Shown one piece after another: positions 1 through 7,112 of a DNA stretch of 10,024 nucleotides (position 1 is its first letter; each line of letters begins with the position of its first letter). Under the pieces are notes generated by a model, which saw only the letters and a program-made list of their open reading frames with translations, did no database searches and was not told the DNA's origin. The translations under genes were made by a program, and so were the position numbers. Source of the DNA: a virus (Duplodnaviria; Heunggongvirae; Uroviricota; Caudoviricetes). The stretch lies in IMG/VR virus record IMGVR_UViG_2671180864_000013. One strand, given 5' to 3'.

Positions 1-173
1 TGTCAGTTATCATCTTCGGTTACGGTTATCGGCAGAACGCCCTGCCGCTGACAAGAGCTTATTTGCCTGACCAATCTACTCCACATGATAGATAACTATC
101 ATTTATAGCATTTGGCTTATTAGCCTTTATTTTTCATTGAGTTGCAAACAATAAGCTCGTCAAAAACAGTAAA

Positions 174-230
174 ATTAACTACACCATTAACTACACCGTT
201 CCACGAACAATATCGAACAACCACGAACAA
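174..230. repeat. Two short tandem repeat sets: ATTAACTACACC x2 (174-197) and three 10-bp units ending CGAACAA (201-230)
   Basis: Read directly: attaactacacc at 174-185 and 186-197; ccacgaacaa 201-210, tatcgaacaa 211-220, ccacgaacaa 221-230. The 10-bp phasing is iteron-like. Confidence 0.5.
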
Positions 231-420
231 AGATCAACACGCTTTAATCGTTATCATTTTCCGGCTATCAGTCATGAAACCAGTTATCGGCATCAGGCCC
301 ACCAGCGTGAAGCGTTTTTCATTTTTCGCGGGTATAAAAAATCGATGGGGCTGGCAGTCCGGAAGACGTCAGGGTACAGAGATTTGACCCGCCCCTCCCT
401 GTGCATGCGCACAATAAGTA

Positions 421-622
421 ACCGAAGGCGGAATTCCGCCCTCGGTACTCACATATGAGAAACGATATTTCTTCCACCGATACCCTTTATTTGGGTATCG
501 CGAGTAAGCCCCAAAATCTGGGTGTTACTCTTACTACCCAAACTACGGGTAGTTTCCGTAGTTTCATAGTCGAGTTGCAGATCTGCAACTCGCCACCAGT
601 TGCTAAGTGCATTTTTGCACTT
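421..622. other. Cluster of five inverted repeats / hairpins in non-coding DNA
   Basis: 13-bp arms 421-446 (one mismatch); CGATACCC-N7-GGGTATCG 478-500; AACTACGG-N7-CCGTAGTT 541-563; perfect 22-bp palindrome CGAGTTGCAGATCTGCAACTCG 571-592; AAGTGC-N6-GCACTT 605-622. Confidence 0.5.
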
Positions 623-639
623 TCGGTAATATCAACCAG

Positions 640-921
640 TTACCGCCGTAAGTGCTCCGGCTTCCTCCACTGGTAAGTATTTTTCGCGCTCTCCCTCCGT
701 TGTTGAGAACGGCGACGGTATGCCAGCAACTCAAGAACTCTGGTTCGTATGTTGCGCATATCCACGCCGTTAAGCTCAATACCGTCACGGCGCATTACCT
801 CATCCACCACACGCGCATAATTTTCAGCGGTCACGCTGTCCGGTTGCATGGCCTGTTCGTCAACCTGCTGGCTGATTCCGGCGACGCGGCGGATTAATCC
901 CAGTATTTCGGCTTCTGTCAT
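640..921 (-). CDS. Hypothetical protein (93 aa), function unknown
   Basis: ATG at 919-921 preceded by a G-rich stretch. The N-terminal ~70 aa look protein-like; the Arg-rich C-terminal tail runs into the hairpin region and may be read-through or a remnant. Confidence 0.35.
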   Translation of the reverse strand: MTEAEILGLIRRVAGISQQVDEQAMQPDSVTAENYARVVDEVMRRDGIELNGVDMRNIRTRVLELLAYRRRSQQRRESAKNTYQWRKPEHLRR

Positions 922-1100
922 TGTGCCCCCATCGCGCTGGTTAAGAAAACAAGCTCAGATTTTTTGTAAAGAATCTGTCACGCTAAAAGATGTCGAACAA
1001 AAATTAACCACAATCATCATCTTTTTTGCATCAACCACATTAAAAACAACAGGTTACACACATGATGATGATGACGATAAAACCACAAAAATGCGTTTTT

Positions 1101-1180
1101 TTCCGCGCCGACCCGCCCCGTGGACAGGCCCCCCCCACCAGGAGGACCCGCAAAAAAGGCGGCTGCTGCCGCCTTGTTCT
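1101..1180. repeat. Copy A of an ~80-bp repeat (C-rich core 1112-1144 plus terminator hairpin)
   Basis: Aligns in register with 3631-3710; the 33-bp core cccgccccgtggacaggccNcccccaccaggag matches 32/33. Confidence 0.7.
1151..1175 (-). terminator. Intrinsic terminator ending the capsid operon
   Basis: Minus-strand RNA reads AAGGCGGC-AGCA-GCCGCCUU followed by UUUUG, starting a few bases after the capsid stop at 1180. Confidence 0.6.
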
Positions 1181-3060
1181 CATGAAGAAATCGCTCTGAC
1201 CATTCCGCGATAATCCAGAGCAGCAACGCCAGCATCAATGCGGACCTTCCAGGCCACACCGTCAACAATAAAGCCCTCCTGCTGCTCAAGGTAAGGCTCG
1301 TCATTACCGTCAAGATAAGCCACCTCAATTGTGTCCGTTCCCTGTGCTGAAAGCATGTACCATTGCTTATCACTGACTTCATCAAGGCGGGGATCGACAA
1401 TAATATCCAGTTGTTTGTGGTACGGGTTATATGAACCACTGTTTGTATCGGCACCGAAAGGCGTGGTTGAGTTAACCATTTGCAACGCTCTGTCTTCCAG
1501 AGCCGCAGGAACAAGAAGGAATTTTGGCACAATATTCAGCACCTCACCGTTTTCATCCCTCTGTGTGCGCATTGCACGGCGTGCAATGCCAAGCCCTGTA
1601 GTGCTGACTCCGTTATCAATATCATTTCCGTGTTTTTTGCTGAACAGCGGTATACCGTCAGAAAGCTTTGTGTTTCCTGTCAGCACCAGATGAACCAGAT
1701 TACCCACCGTTCTGGCGGCTGCTCGCCCCATTGCCTGTGGGATAACTGTTAACTGATTCAGGTCATCGTTAATAATCGCCTGTCGGGTAATGCTGAAAAT
1801 ATTTCCGTAAGTTGCCAGCGCGATTGGTTCGCCACGGTCACTGGTGGTGATGTATTTATATTCCGCGCCTTCCGGCACTTTGTTTAATGTAGAGAAGCCA
1901 TTCAGGCCAACACGACGTGCCTCATGGAAGTTTGACAATGAACCTTTTTTCGTCCACTGGCGGAACGTTTCGCCGCTGTGTTCCCATCCGGCAAGCACGG
2001 ATTTTTCAGCACCACCAGCAAGGATATAAGTAAAATCGCTGCTGCTGTGGGTGAATGCCGCGTTTACTATCTGCGAGCGTGTGCTGTAGCTGCCTGTGCT
2101 TATGCCGCGATGGGTTAATGATGCCTGTGCCATATCGAAAAGGCTCATCATGGCGTAAGGGTTGCCGCGTTCTGCCTGTTCATGTCCCAGACGCGCATTA
2201 AGCCCCTGACGCATTGCATCGCCGGTTATGTTGCCGTTATCCGTGTACGCGTAGTAAAGATTTGCGGGGGTGGTTTTGTTTGTCGGTGTCGATTCTTTAC
2301 CCATAGTGAGTAAAAGGCGTTCGCGTGCATCCTCAACGCTACAGCCTGAATCAGCAAGACAACTTATAGCCAGGTCGTTATATCTTCCATTGAACGTGCC
2401 AAACAATTCACGTATCCCGTTGAGTCGTTCCTGTTCTCCGCTGCCAGTTTTCTGGCTGATCATGCTTTTAATATTTTCCGGCATATTCGAAAAATCTCCG
2501 ATTCGTTTTGATTCAATTCTGGCCATTGCTGTAATCGCGGGTATAACCTCATCTGCGAAGCCATTAGCCTTACACTCATTGCCATCCATCCAGGTTTCCG
2601 CCTCCATCATGGCGGTGATTTCCTGTTTGCTCCTGCCCGTTCTTCCGGCGTAGGTTTCCGCCATCGTGTCGCCCAGCTTGTCCATCAGGTCAGCAAAGCG
2701 GCGAACGTCGCCCGACACTCCGGCAGTAACACCACGGGGGGCATGTATCATCATCATCGCGTTTTCAGGCATAACGATGTGATCGCCACACATGGCAATA
2801 AACGAGGCCATAGAAGCCGCCATGCCTTCAATGTGTACAATTTTCTTTGCCGGATGATTTTTCAGGGCGTTATAGATAGCCAGCCCTTCAAAGATGTCGC
2901 CACCAGGTGAATGGATGCGAAGATGGATTTCAGGCACATTACCGCACGCGTTGATCTCGTCAGTAAGTGCCGATGCTTTTACACCGTACCCGCCGATCTC
3001 GTCATAAATGCGTACATGTACAACATCAGCCATAGCCTTAATGGAAAACCATGTTTTCAT
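1180..3060 (-). CDS. Fused prohead protease (ClpP / S14-like) and HK97-fold major capsid protein, 626 aa
   Basis: N-terminal ~180 aa carry ClpP-like motifs (IHSPGGDIFEGLAIYNAL ... GMAASMASFIAMCGDHIVMPENAMMMIHAP). The C-terminal ~430 aa resemble HK97-type major capsid proteins. AGGAG RBS 8 nt upstream of the ATG at 3058-3060. Confidence 0.8.
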   Translation of the reverse strand: MKTWFSIKAMADVVHVRIYDEIGGYGVKASALTDEINACGNVPEIHLRIHSPGGDIFEGLAIYNALKNHPAKKIVHIEGMAASMASFIAMCGDHIVMPENAMMMIHAPRGVTAGVSGDVRRFADLMDKLGDTMAETYAGRTGRSKQEITAMMEAETWMDGNECKANGFADEVIPAITAMARIESKRIGDFSNMPENIKSMISQKTGSGEQERLNGIRELFGTFNGRYNDLAISCLADSGCSVEDARERLLLTMGKESTPTNKTTPANLYYAYTDNGNITGDAMRQGLNARLGHEQAERGNPYAMMSLFDMAQASLTHRGISTGSYSTRSQIVNAAFTHSSSDFTYILAGGAEKSVLAGWEHSGETFRQWTKKGSLSNFHEARRVGLNGFSTLNKVPEGAEYKYITTSDRGEPIALATYGNIFSITRQAIINDDLNQLTVIPQAMGRAAARTVGNLVHLVLTGNTKLSDGIPLFSKKHGNDIDNGVSTTGLGIARRAMRTQRDENGEVLNIVPKFLLVPAALEDRALQMVNSTTPFGADTNSGSYNPYHKQLDIIVDPRLDEVSDKQWYMLSAQGTDTIEVAYLDGNDEPYLEQQEGFIVDGVAWKVRIDAGVAALDYRGMVRAISS

Positions 3061-3251
3061 AGCCAGGCTCCTAACGTTGCCCTGTACCAGTATTCAACCG
3101 CGCTTCTCGCAATCTGCCCTTTCGTGGGTACTGGCATTCCAGGGTGATGACTTTTAATGAACTGCTGATAGCGTTCGAGCTTCTCCATAGTTCCGGCGTC
3201 TATGTGCACTGTTGCACTTTTATCCGGTTTTCTGCTGTTGTTCTCTGGCAT
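3057..3251 (-). CDS. Small protein (64 aa), possible ribbon-helix-helix-like, translationally coupled to the capsid gene
   Basis: Start taken at the Met with a GGAGG RBS 7 nt upstream (ATG at 3249-3251); the track ORF extends to 3284 without an RBS. ATGA overlap with the capsid start. The beta-strand/helix pattern (ATVHIDAGTMEKLERY) is weakly RHH-like. Confidence 0.5.
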   Translation of the reverse strand: MPENNSRKPDKSATVHIDAGTMEKLERYQQFIKSHHPGMPVPTKGQIARSAVEYWYRATLGAWL

Positions 3252-3324
3252 AAGTCTGCCTCCGTTATGATTAACGGGCATCATTATTGATCGATAAAAC
3301 TGGTAAATAAATCATTTTCTATCT

Positions 3325-3354
3325 AAAAATCAGATTATGTGTTTTCTGATTTTT
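3325..3354. promoter_or_regulatory. Perfect 10-bp inverted repeat AAAAATCAGA-N10-TCTGATTTTT upstream of the capsid operon
   Basis: Read directly; lies 70-100 bp upstream of the 64-aa ORF start. Candidate operator or leader hairpin. Confidence 0.35.
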
Positions 3355-3447
3355 GTCATACCAGCAAAAGAATTGACTAATTATTGCCACGCCAGCACAA
3401 TTAAGACTCATCATTTCGGTAGTGGCAGTATCCTTTGTCGCTGACAA

Positions 3448-3497
3448 AGCGCCTCCGGTGGCACCATCGGGGCGCTTTTTTTTGCGCCTGTTTTTTG
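3448..3497 (+). terminator. Plus-strand intrinsic terminator-like structure with two alternative hairpins, each followed by a T-run
   Basis: AGCGCC(3448-3453)...GGCGCT(3471-3476) followed by T7, then GGCGC / GCGCC(3484-3488) followed by T6. No plus-strand CDS lies upstream. Confidence 0.4.
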
Positions 3498-3630
3498 TAA
3501 ATGCTTTCGGGAACGTTCCGGCGTCGAACAAAAAACAACCTAATTCGACACTAAAAATTTTTATTTTGCCATATATCAATAACTTAAACTGGTGGTGATG
3601 GTGACATAAAAATCAAAAAATACGCCTTTT

Positions 3631-3710
3631 TCCGCGAACCGCCCGCCCCGTGGACAGGCCACCCCCACCAGGAGTACCTACAAAAAAGCCGGATTGCTCC
3701 GGCTTCTGTC
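3631..3710. repeat. Copy B of the ~80-bp repeat (core 3642-3674 plus terminator hairpin)
   Basis: See copy A; about 80% identity over 80 bp, with a near-identical 33-bp core. Confidence 0.7.
3681..3705 (-). terminator. Intrinsic terminator ending the SSB operon
   Basis: Minus-strand RNA reads AAGCCGGA-GCAA-UCCGGCUU followed by UUUUG, about 15 nt after the SSB stop. Confidence 0.65.
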
Positions 3711-3719
3711 ACTCGTTGC

Positions 3720-4142
3720 TTAAAACGGTATGTTATCCCCGTACGGATCATCATTCCCCGCCTGTTGTTTGGCCCTGTTCAGTGCATCAGTGGCCTGCCC
3801 CTGTTGGCCTTTTTTACCGCCCGGTCGCGCCGTTCTGGCACTGATTACACTGTCTGCGATAACCTGCCAGCCCTGCCGCGTTTCTCCGTTCTGGCCTGTC
3901 CACTGGCTTACCTGCATGTTACCCGCCACGCTCACCAGCTCGCCTTTCTGGTGCTTTGCCAGTGCGTCAGCCTGTCTGCCAAACGCCAGGACGGATAACC
4001 ATATCGTCGCCGTTCCGTCATCTGCCTGGCTGCACGGCAGGGGAACCGCCATACTCGCCATCGTCATTTGCGTACCCTTGCTGGTGGTCTTTAACTGCGG
4101 GTCAGCCACCAGCCGCCCGTAAGCCGCTATCTGTGCTGTCAT
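3720..4142 (-). CDS. ssb: Single-stranded DNA-binding protein (SSB), 140 aa
   Basis: OB-fold region parallels E. coli SSB by eye (GRLVADPQL ... WLSVLAFGRQADALAKHQKGELVSVAGNMQVSQWTGQNGETRQGWQV), with a Gly/Gln-rich linker and an acidic C-terminal tail ending DDPYGDNIPF (compare DDDIPF). Confidence 0.8.
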   Translation of the reverse strand: MTAQIAAYGRLVADPQLKTTSKGTQMTMASMAVPLPCSQADDGTATIWLSVLAFGRQADALAKHQKGELVSVAGNMQVSQWTGQNGETRQGWQVIADSVISARTARPGGKKGQQGQATDALNRAKQQAGNDDPYGDNIPF

Positions 4143-4384
4143 GCTGTCTGCTCTCCGGTTTTAACGTTGATGGTTGTCACCTGTTCCGCTTCGGCAATCT
4201 CCCGTTCTGTCAGCGTGGCAAAGTTTGCCGCCGTCGTGGTCATGAATGCGCTTATCAGTTCGGGATGTGCTTTCGCGTATCCTTCCCCGGCGTTGCGGTC
4301 GATGATTTTTATCGCCACCCTCAGCCAGTGTTCTGTCAAATCAAGGGCGTGAGATTGTGGTTTTTTGGCGTGCTTCGTTGTCAC
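4139..4384 (-). CDS. Hypothetical protein (81 aa), translationally coupled to ssb
   Basis: GTG start at 4382-4384 with a GAGGT RBS 7 nt upstream; ATGA overlap with the ssb start. No recognisable motif. Confidence 0.5.
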   Translation of the reverse strand: MTTKHAKKPQSHALDLTEHWLRVAIKIIDRNAGEGYAKAHPELISAFMTTTAANFATLTEREIAEAEQVTTINVKTGEQTA

Positions 4385-4429
4385 AGGCTTTACCTCACAG
4401 CAATAAAATAAAATTTTTGCATTTTAACC

Positions 4430-4657
4430 CTTCACCTGTTCACCTTTTGCAATTTTCCCTTTTTATTCATGATGTTAATGGGTTAACAGTTTCACAAAAA
4501 CTATTCACCAACTGTTCACCACTGTTCACCCTTAAAGCTCAATAAAGAATCAAAAAGGTGAACAGTGAATAGTTTGGTGAACAGTTCATAAATAACTGTT
4601 CACCCTATAATATACTGATATAAAAGACATTTATTGCAGGGTGAACAGTGGTGAACA
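4430..4657. repeat. Replication origin candidate: eight perfect TGTTCACC / GGTGAACA octamers plus variants, with AT-rich tracts
   Basis: Forward TGTTCACC at 4437, 4513, 4523, 4597; reverse GGTGAACA at 4557, 4576, 4640, 4650; variants at 4430-4436 and 4502-4509. Two tandem pairs have 10-bp spacing. Sits immediately 3' of the primase gene. Confidence 0.7.
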
Positions 4658-4698
4658 GTTATTCCATAAGTTTAATTTTTTCCATCGTCATTTGTGAC

Positions 4699-6489
4699 CT
4701 ATGCACATGATGGCATCCAGTCTTCTGAATCCTCTGTCAGGGTCACATTTGAACGCAAACCGTGCTTCGTTTTCCGTTTCATATACTCCCTGCCATATTC
4801 CGCCATTGCCCCCGGCATATCTTTACCGAAGCGCGTCAGTGTTACAGGTTTACCGAATCCGTGTGCCCTCATATATGCCAGATAGGCGTGATAAAGATAC
4901 CTGCGCGGACTGAACGGAATAATTTCGGCATTACCCACTAACAGACCATCACACATTACCGACGACATGAGATAGCCGCAGAAGTCCACCAGCGAATCGC
5001 CCTCGCGTTTTATCACCAGAGCTTCTTCTGATTTCTGCTGCTCATACAGCAGGCGTTTAGCTTCGTCCTGGTCAGAAAAACGAGTAAGCAGGTGGCGAAT
5101 CACAACCGCCAGCTCTCCTTCTATTTTTTCTGCCAGCATGGGGTCGCGTTCGTTCTCCGGTACAACTTCCGAAAAATTGAATATCACCCGACGACGTGAG
5201 ATCCCCCCGCTGCGGTCACTGAATGACATGGCGTTATTGTTAACCGCCAGCACTACTGCCGGAATACGCGTTGAGTAGGGGGCTTTGTGTTTCGGGTCAA
5301 TTGCCACCTTGTCACCGCCTGTAATGGCCTTAATCCCTGCCCCATCACCAGCGTAGCGGGTCATATCCGGCATGATAATCAGCGAAAAGCCAACCACTAA
5401 CGCGCGTTCCCTTGCATCTTCCAGCGCCTTCATGCTTGCCGATACTGTGTTGGCCTTACCCGCCAGCATGGTGCAAATCTCCGCCATCACGCTTTTACCA
5501 CTTCCCCCTGGACCTGTTACCTCAATGAATAACTGCCAGTCGTACCGGTTCGCCAGCACCATGAATAATACAGCCAGTACGCGATCCGCCTTGCGGTCAT
5601 TCTCAGCCACCGAACGGCGTAACCACTTCCAGAAATTCGGCGCATGTGTTGCCAGCGTTTCCCCCTCTGCTGGTGGGCTGAAAGGTAATTCACTGGCAAT
5701 TAACAACCAGTCGTTTTTGTTATGCTCCCGAAAATTACCTGTTCTGGTATCAAATACCCCGTTACTGAATCCAATCAGGTTACGGGCTGTATTCCCCATT
5801 ACAGGCAAACTTAACTTCATGGTATCGACCGCCGATTTAATGGCGTTCTGCGAATAGCTGATCTCCGCATCAATGAAAATCTGTGCCATAGCTCGCTGTA
5901 ATTCTTTATCCTGTACTGGCTCCCATACAACGCCGTTGTAATGGTGAACAGTGTCAGAGTCAGCATGAATCGCCAGTTCACCGCCATAATGTGCCAGGAG
6001 AACTTCGCCGCGTTGACTTGCTCCCATCTGGTTAAGCGCCAGTGATGAAGCGTTATCGTCTTTTACCCGCTCTTTTTTCTTTACAGGCAGTTCAACTACC
6101 TTTTTCTTTTCCGCCTGCTCTGCCCGTTCACGTTCCAGATATTCGCGCCAGTTCTCCCGTTTCTGGCTGTGCATTCCTTCAGGGTAATAATCAGCATCCC
6201 TGACACCTGCCACTGCCAGTTTCTGCCCGATGGTATTAACAAGCCCCGGACGCAATAACCCCGCCTGATAGAGACGCACGCGATAGCGTCCGTCCGGTAC
6301 GATTTGCAGGTTGTCCAGTTCGGCAAGTTGTTGCTCTCCAAGCCAGACAGGTGGCACGTTATCGCCAGCCAGTCGCCCGTCCTGTTCCTGCCACTGTTTC
6401 GCATGTGCCCACGCATCACTACCCGCAAAAATGATGACTTCCGTCATTTTGTCACGCGGCTGGTGTTTTAAATTTGGCGCTTTTTTCAT
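4699..6489 (-). CDS. Replication protein: primase / SF3 helicase (P4 alpha-like, D5-type NTPase), 596 aa
   Basis: Walker A motif GPGGSGKS inside a P4-family NTPase-like region. Start taken at the ATG at 6487-6489 (GGAGAG RBS; ATGA overlap with the upstream ORF stop) rather than the GTG at 6504. Iteron origin lies directly downstream. Confidence 0.85.
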   Translation of the reverse strand: MKKAPNLKHQPRDKMTEVIIFAGSDAWAHAKQWQEQDGRLAGDNVPPVWLGEQQLAELDNLQIVPDGRYRVRLYQAGLLRPGLVNTIGQKLAVAGVRDADYYPEGMHSQKRENWREYLERERAEQAEKKKVVELPVKKKERVKDDNASSLALNQMGASQRGEVLLAHYGGELAIHADSDTVHHYNGVVWEPVQDKELQRAMAQIFIDAEISYSQNAIKSAVDTMKLSLPVMGNTARNLIGFSNGVFDTRTGNFREHNKNDWLLIASELPFSPPAEGETLATHAPNFWKWLRRSVAENDRKADRVLAVLFMVLANRYDWQLFIEVTGPGGSGKSVMAEICTMLAGKANTVSASMKALEDARERALVVGFSLIIMPDMTRYAGDGAGIKAITGGDKVAIDPKHKAPYSTRIPAVVLAVNNNAMSFSDRSGGISRRRVIFNFSEVVPENERDPMLAEKIEGELAVVIRHLLTRFSDQDEAKRLLYEQQKSEEALVIKREGDSLVDFCGYLMSSVMCDGLLVGNAEIIPFSPRRYLYHAYLAYMRAHGFGKPVTLTRFGKDMPGAMAEYGREYMKRKTKHGLRSNVTLTEDSEDWMPSCA

Positions 6490-6785
6490 TTCTGCTCTCT
6501 CCACGCGGCAATCATGTTTTTTAGTTCCTGTAGTTTTTTATCAACATCCATACATGACACATGGTTATTTCTGGAAAGCGGGATTTCCCGACTGAATCTG
6601 CTAATAAAGATCTCCACGTTCAGCGAACTAAGAAATGAATAGCCATCACGGATAAAATACACACGGTCAAACATCAGTTCTTTTACCGTTACTCTGTTAC
6701 CGTTCTTATCCAGATAAATAGCGCCGGGGATAATTTGGGGGTGTGCATAACCGCTGGCAGTCAAGCCAGATAAATACGTTCTCAT
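6486..6785 (-). CDS. Hypothetical protein (99 aa), coupled to the primase gene
   Basis: ATG at 6783-6785; its TGA stop overlaps the primase ATG. No recognisable motif. Confidence 0.5.
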   Translation of the reverse strand: MRTYLSGLTASGYAHPQIIPGAIYLDKNGNRVTVKELMFDRVYFIRDGYSFLSSLNVEIFISRFSREIPLSRNNHVSCMDVDKKLQELKNMIAAWREQK

Positions 6786-6791
6786 GATTAT

Positions 6792-7112
6792 TTATCCCCG
6801 ATTTGAATCAGTATTCGCTTTCTTTATAGCATTTAATGCATCTGTGGCATTTTCAATGGTGCACCGTAACGAAATATCAAAATGTCCAAGCATTGCCAGT
6901 AACAAACCGATATTACCCATATCAATGCGCATGGCCTTTTCGTCATAGTCCTCATTTTCTGACGCATGCCACATCAGGCTACCAATTGACGCAACAGCCA
7001 TTGATATATTGTCAGTAGCCCCATCCGCAGCGGAATAAACCTTTTTAGCAATATCATGCTCACAGTTAAAATGCGGATTAATCAGGTACTGGTAATTTGA
7101 CATATCAGGCAT
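6792..7112 (-). CDS. Hypothetical acidic protein (106 aa)
   Basis: ATG at 7110-7112 preceded by a G-run; overlaps the upstream ORF stop by 8 nt. Asp/Glu-rich. Confidence 0.5.
   Translation of the reverse strand: MPDMSNYQYLINPHFNCEHDIAKKVYSAADGATDNISMAVASIGSLMWHASENEDYDEKAMRIDMGNIGLLLAMLGHFDISLRCTIENATDALNAIKKANTDSNRG

Noticed and set aside
142-387. 81-aa plus-strand ORF at the left end
   Set aside because: TTG start, no RBS, and its translation is dominated by the tandem DNA repeats at 174-230; more likely non-coding.
478-563. Possible tRNA gene (two stems with 7-nt loops) that could mark an integration site
   Set aside because: Stems are 8 bp rather than 5, loops lack anticodon or T-loop signatures (no TTCGAAT-like motif), and no acceptor stem/CCA arrangement is evident.
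848-1213. 121-aa plus-strand ORF containing HDDDDDK (enterokinase-like DDDDK site), briefly considered as a synthetic tag or vector remnant
   Set aside because: It spans the capsid-operon terminator and the conserved repeat, has no RBS, and the surrounding sequence has no other vector features; the acidic run is best explained as a chance translation of a GATGATGATGAC stretch.
1331-2653. Plus-strand ORFs of 61-127 aa inside the capsid gene (1331-1693, 1480-1752, 1844-2029, 2270-2653)
   Set aside because: All lie antisense to, or in alternate frames of, a long well-supported CDS and lack RBSs; shadow ORFs.
3730-4411. Plus-strand ORFs antisense to ssb and the 81-aa gene (3730-4122, 3765-3998, 3956-4411)
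   Set aside because: Antisense to a CDS with clear SSB features; Cys/Pro/Leu-rich translations; no start signals.
4430-4657. Possible CRISPR array suggested by the repeated 8-10 bp motif
   Set aside because: Repeats are far too short, occur in both orientations with 10-bp phasing and no spacer-length intervening units; the architecture fits origin iterons instead.
5372-5857. 161-aa plus-strand ORF inside the primase gene
   Set aside because: Antisense to the Walker A-containing primase/helicase ORF; Ser/Leu/Ala-rich translation typical of a shadow frame.
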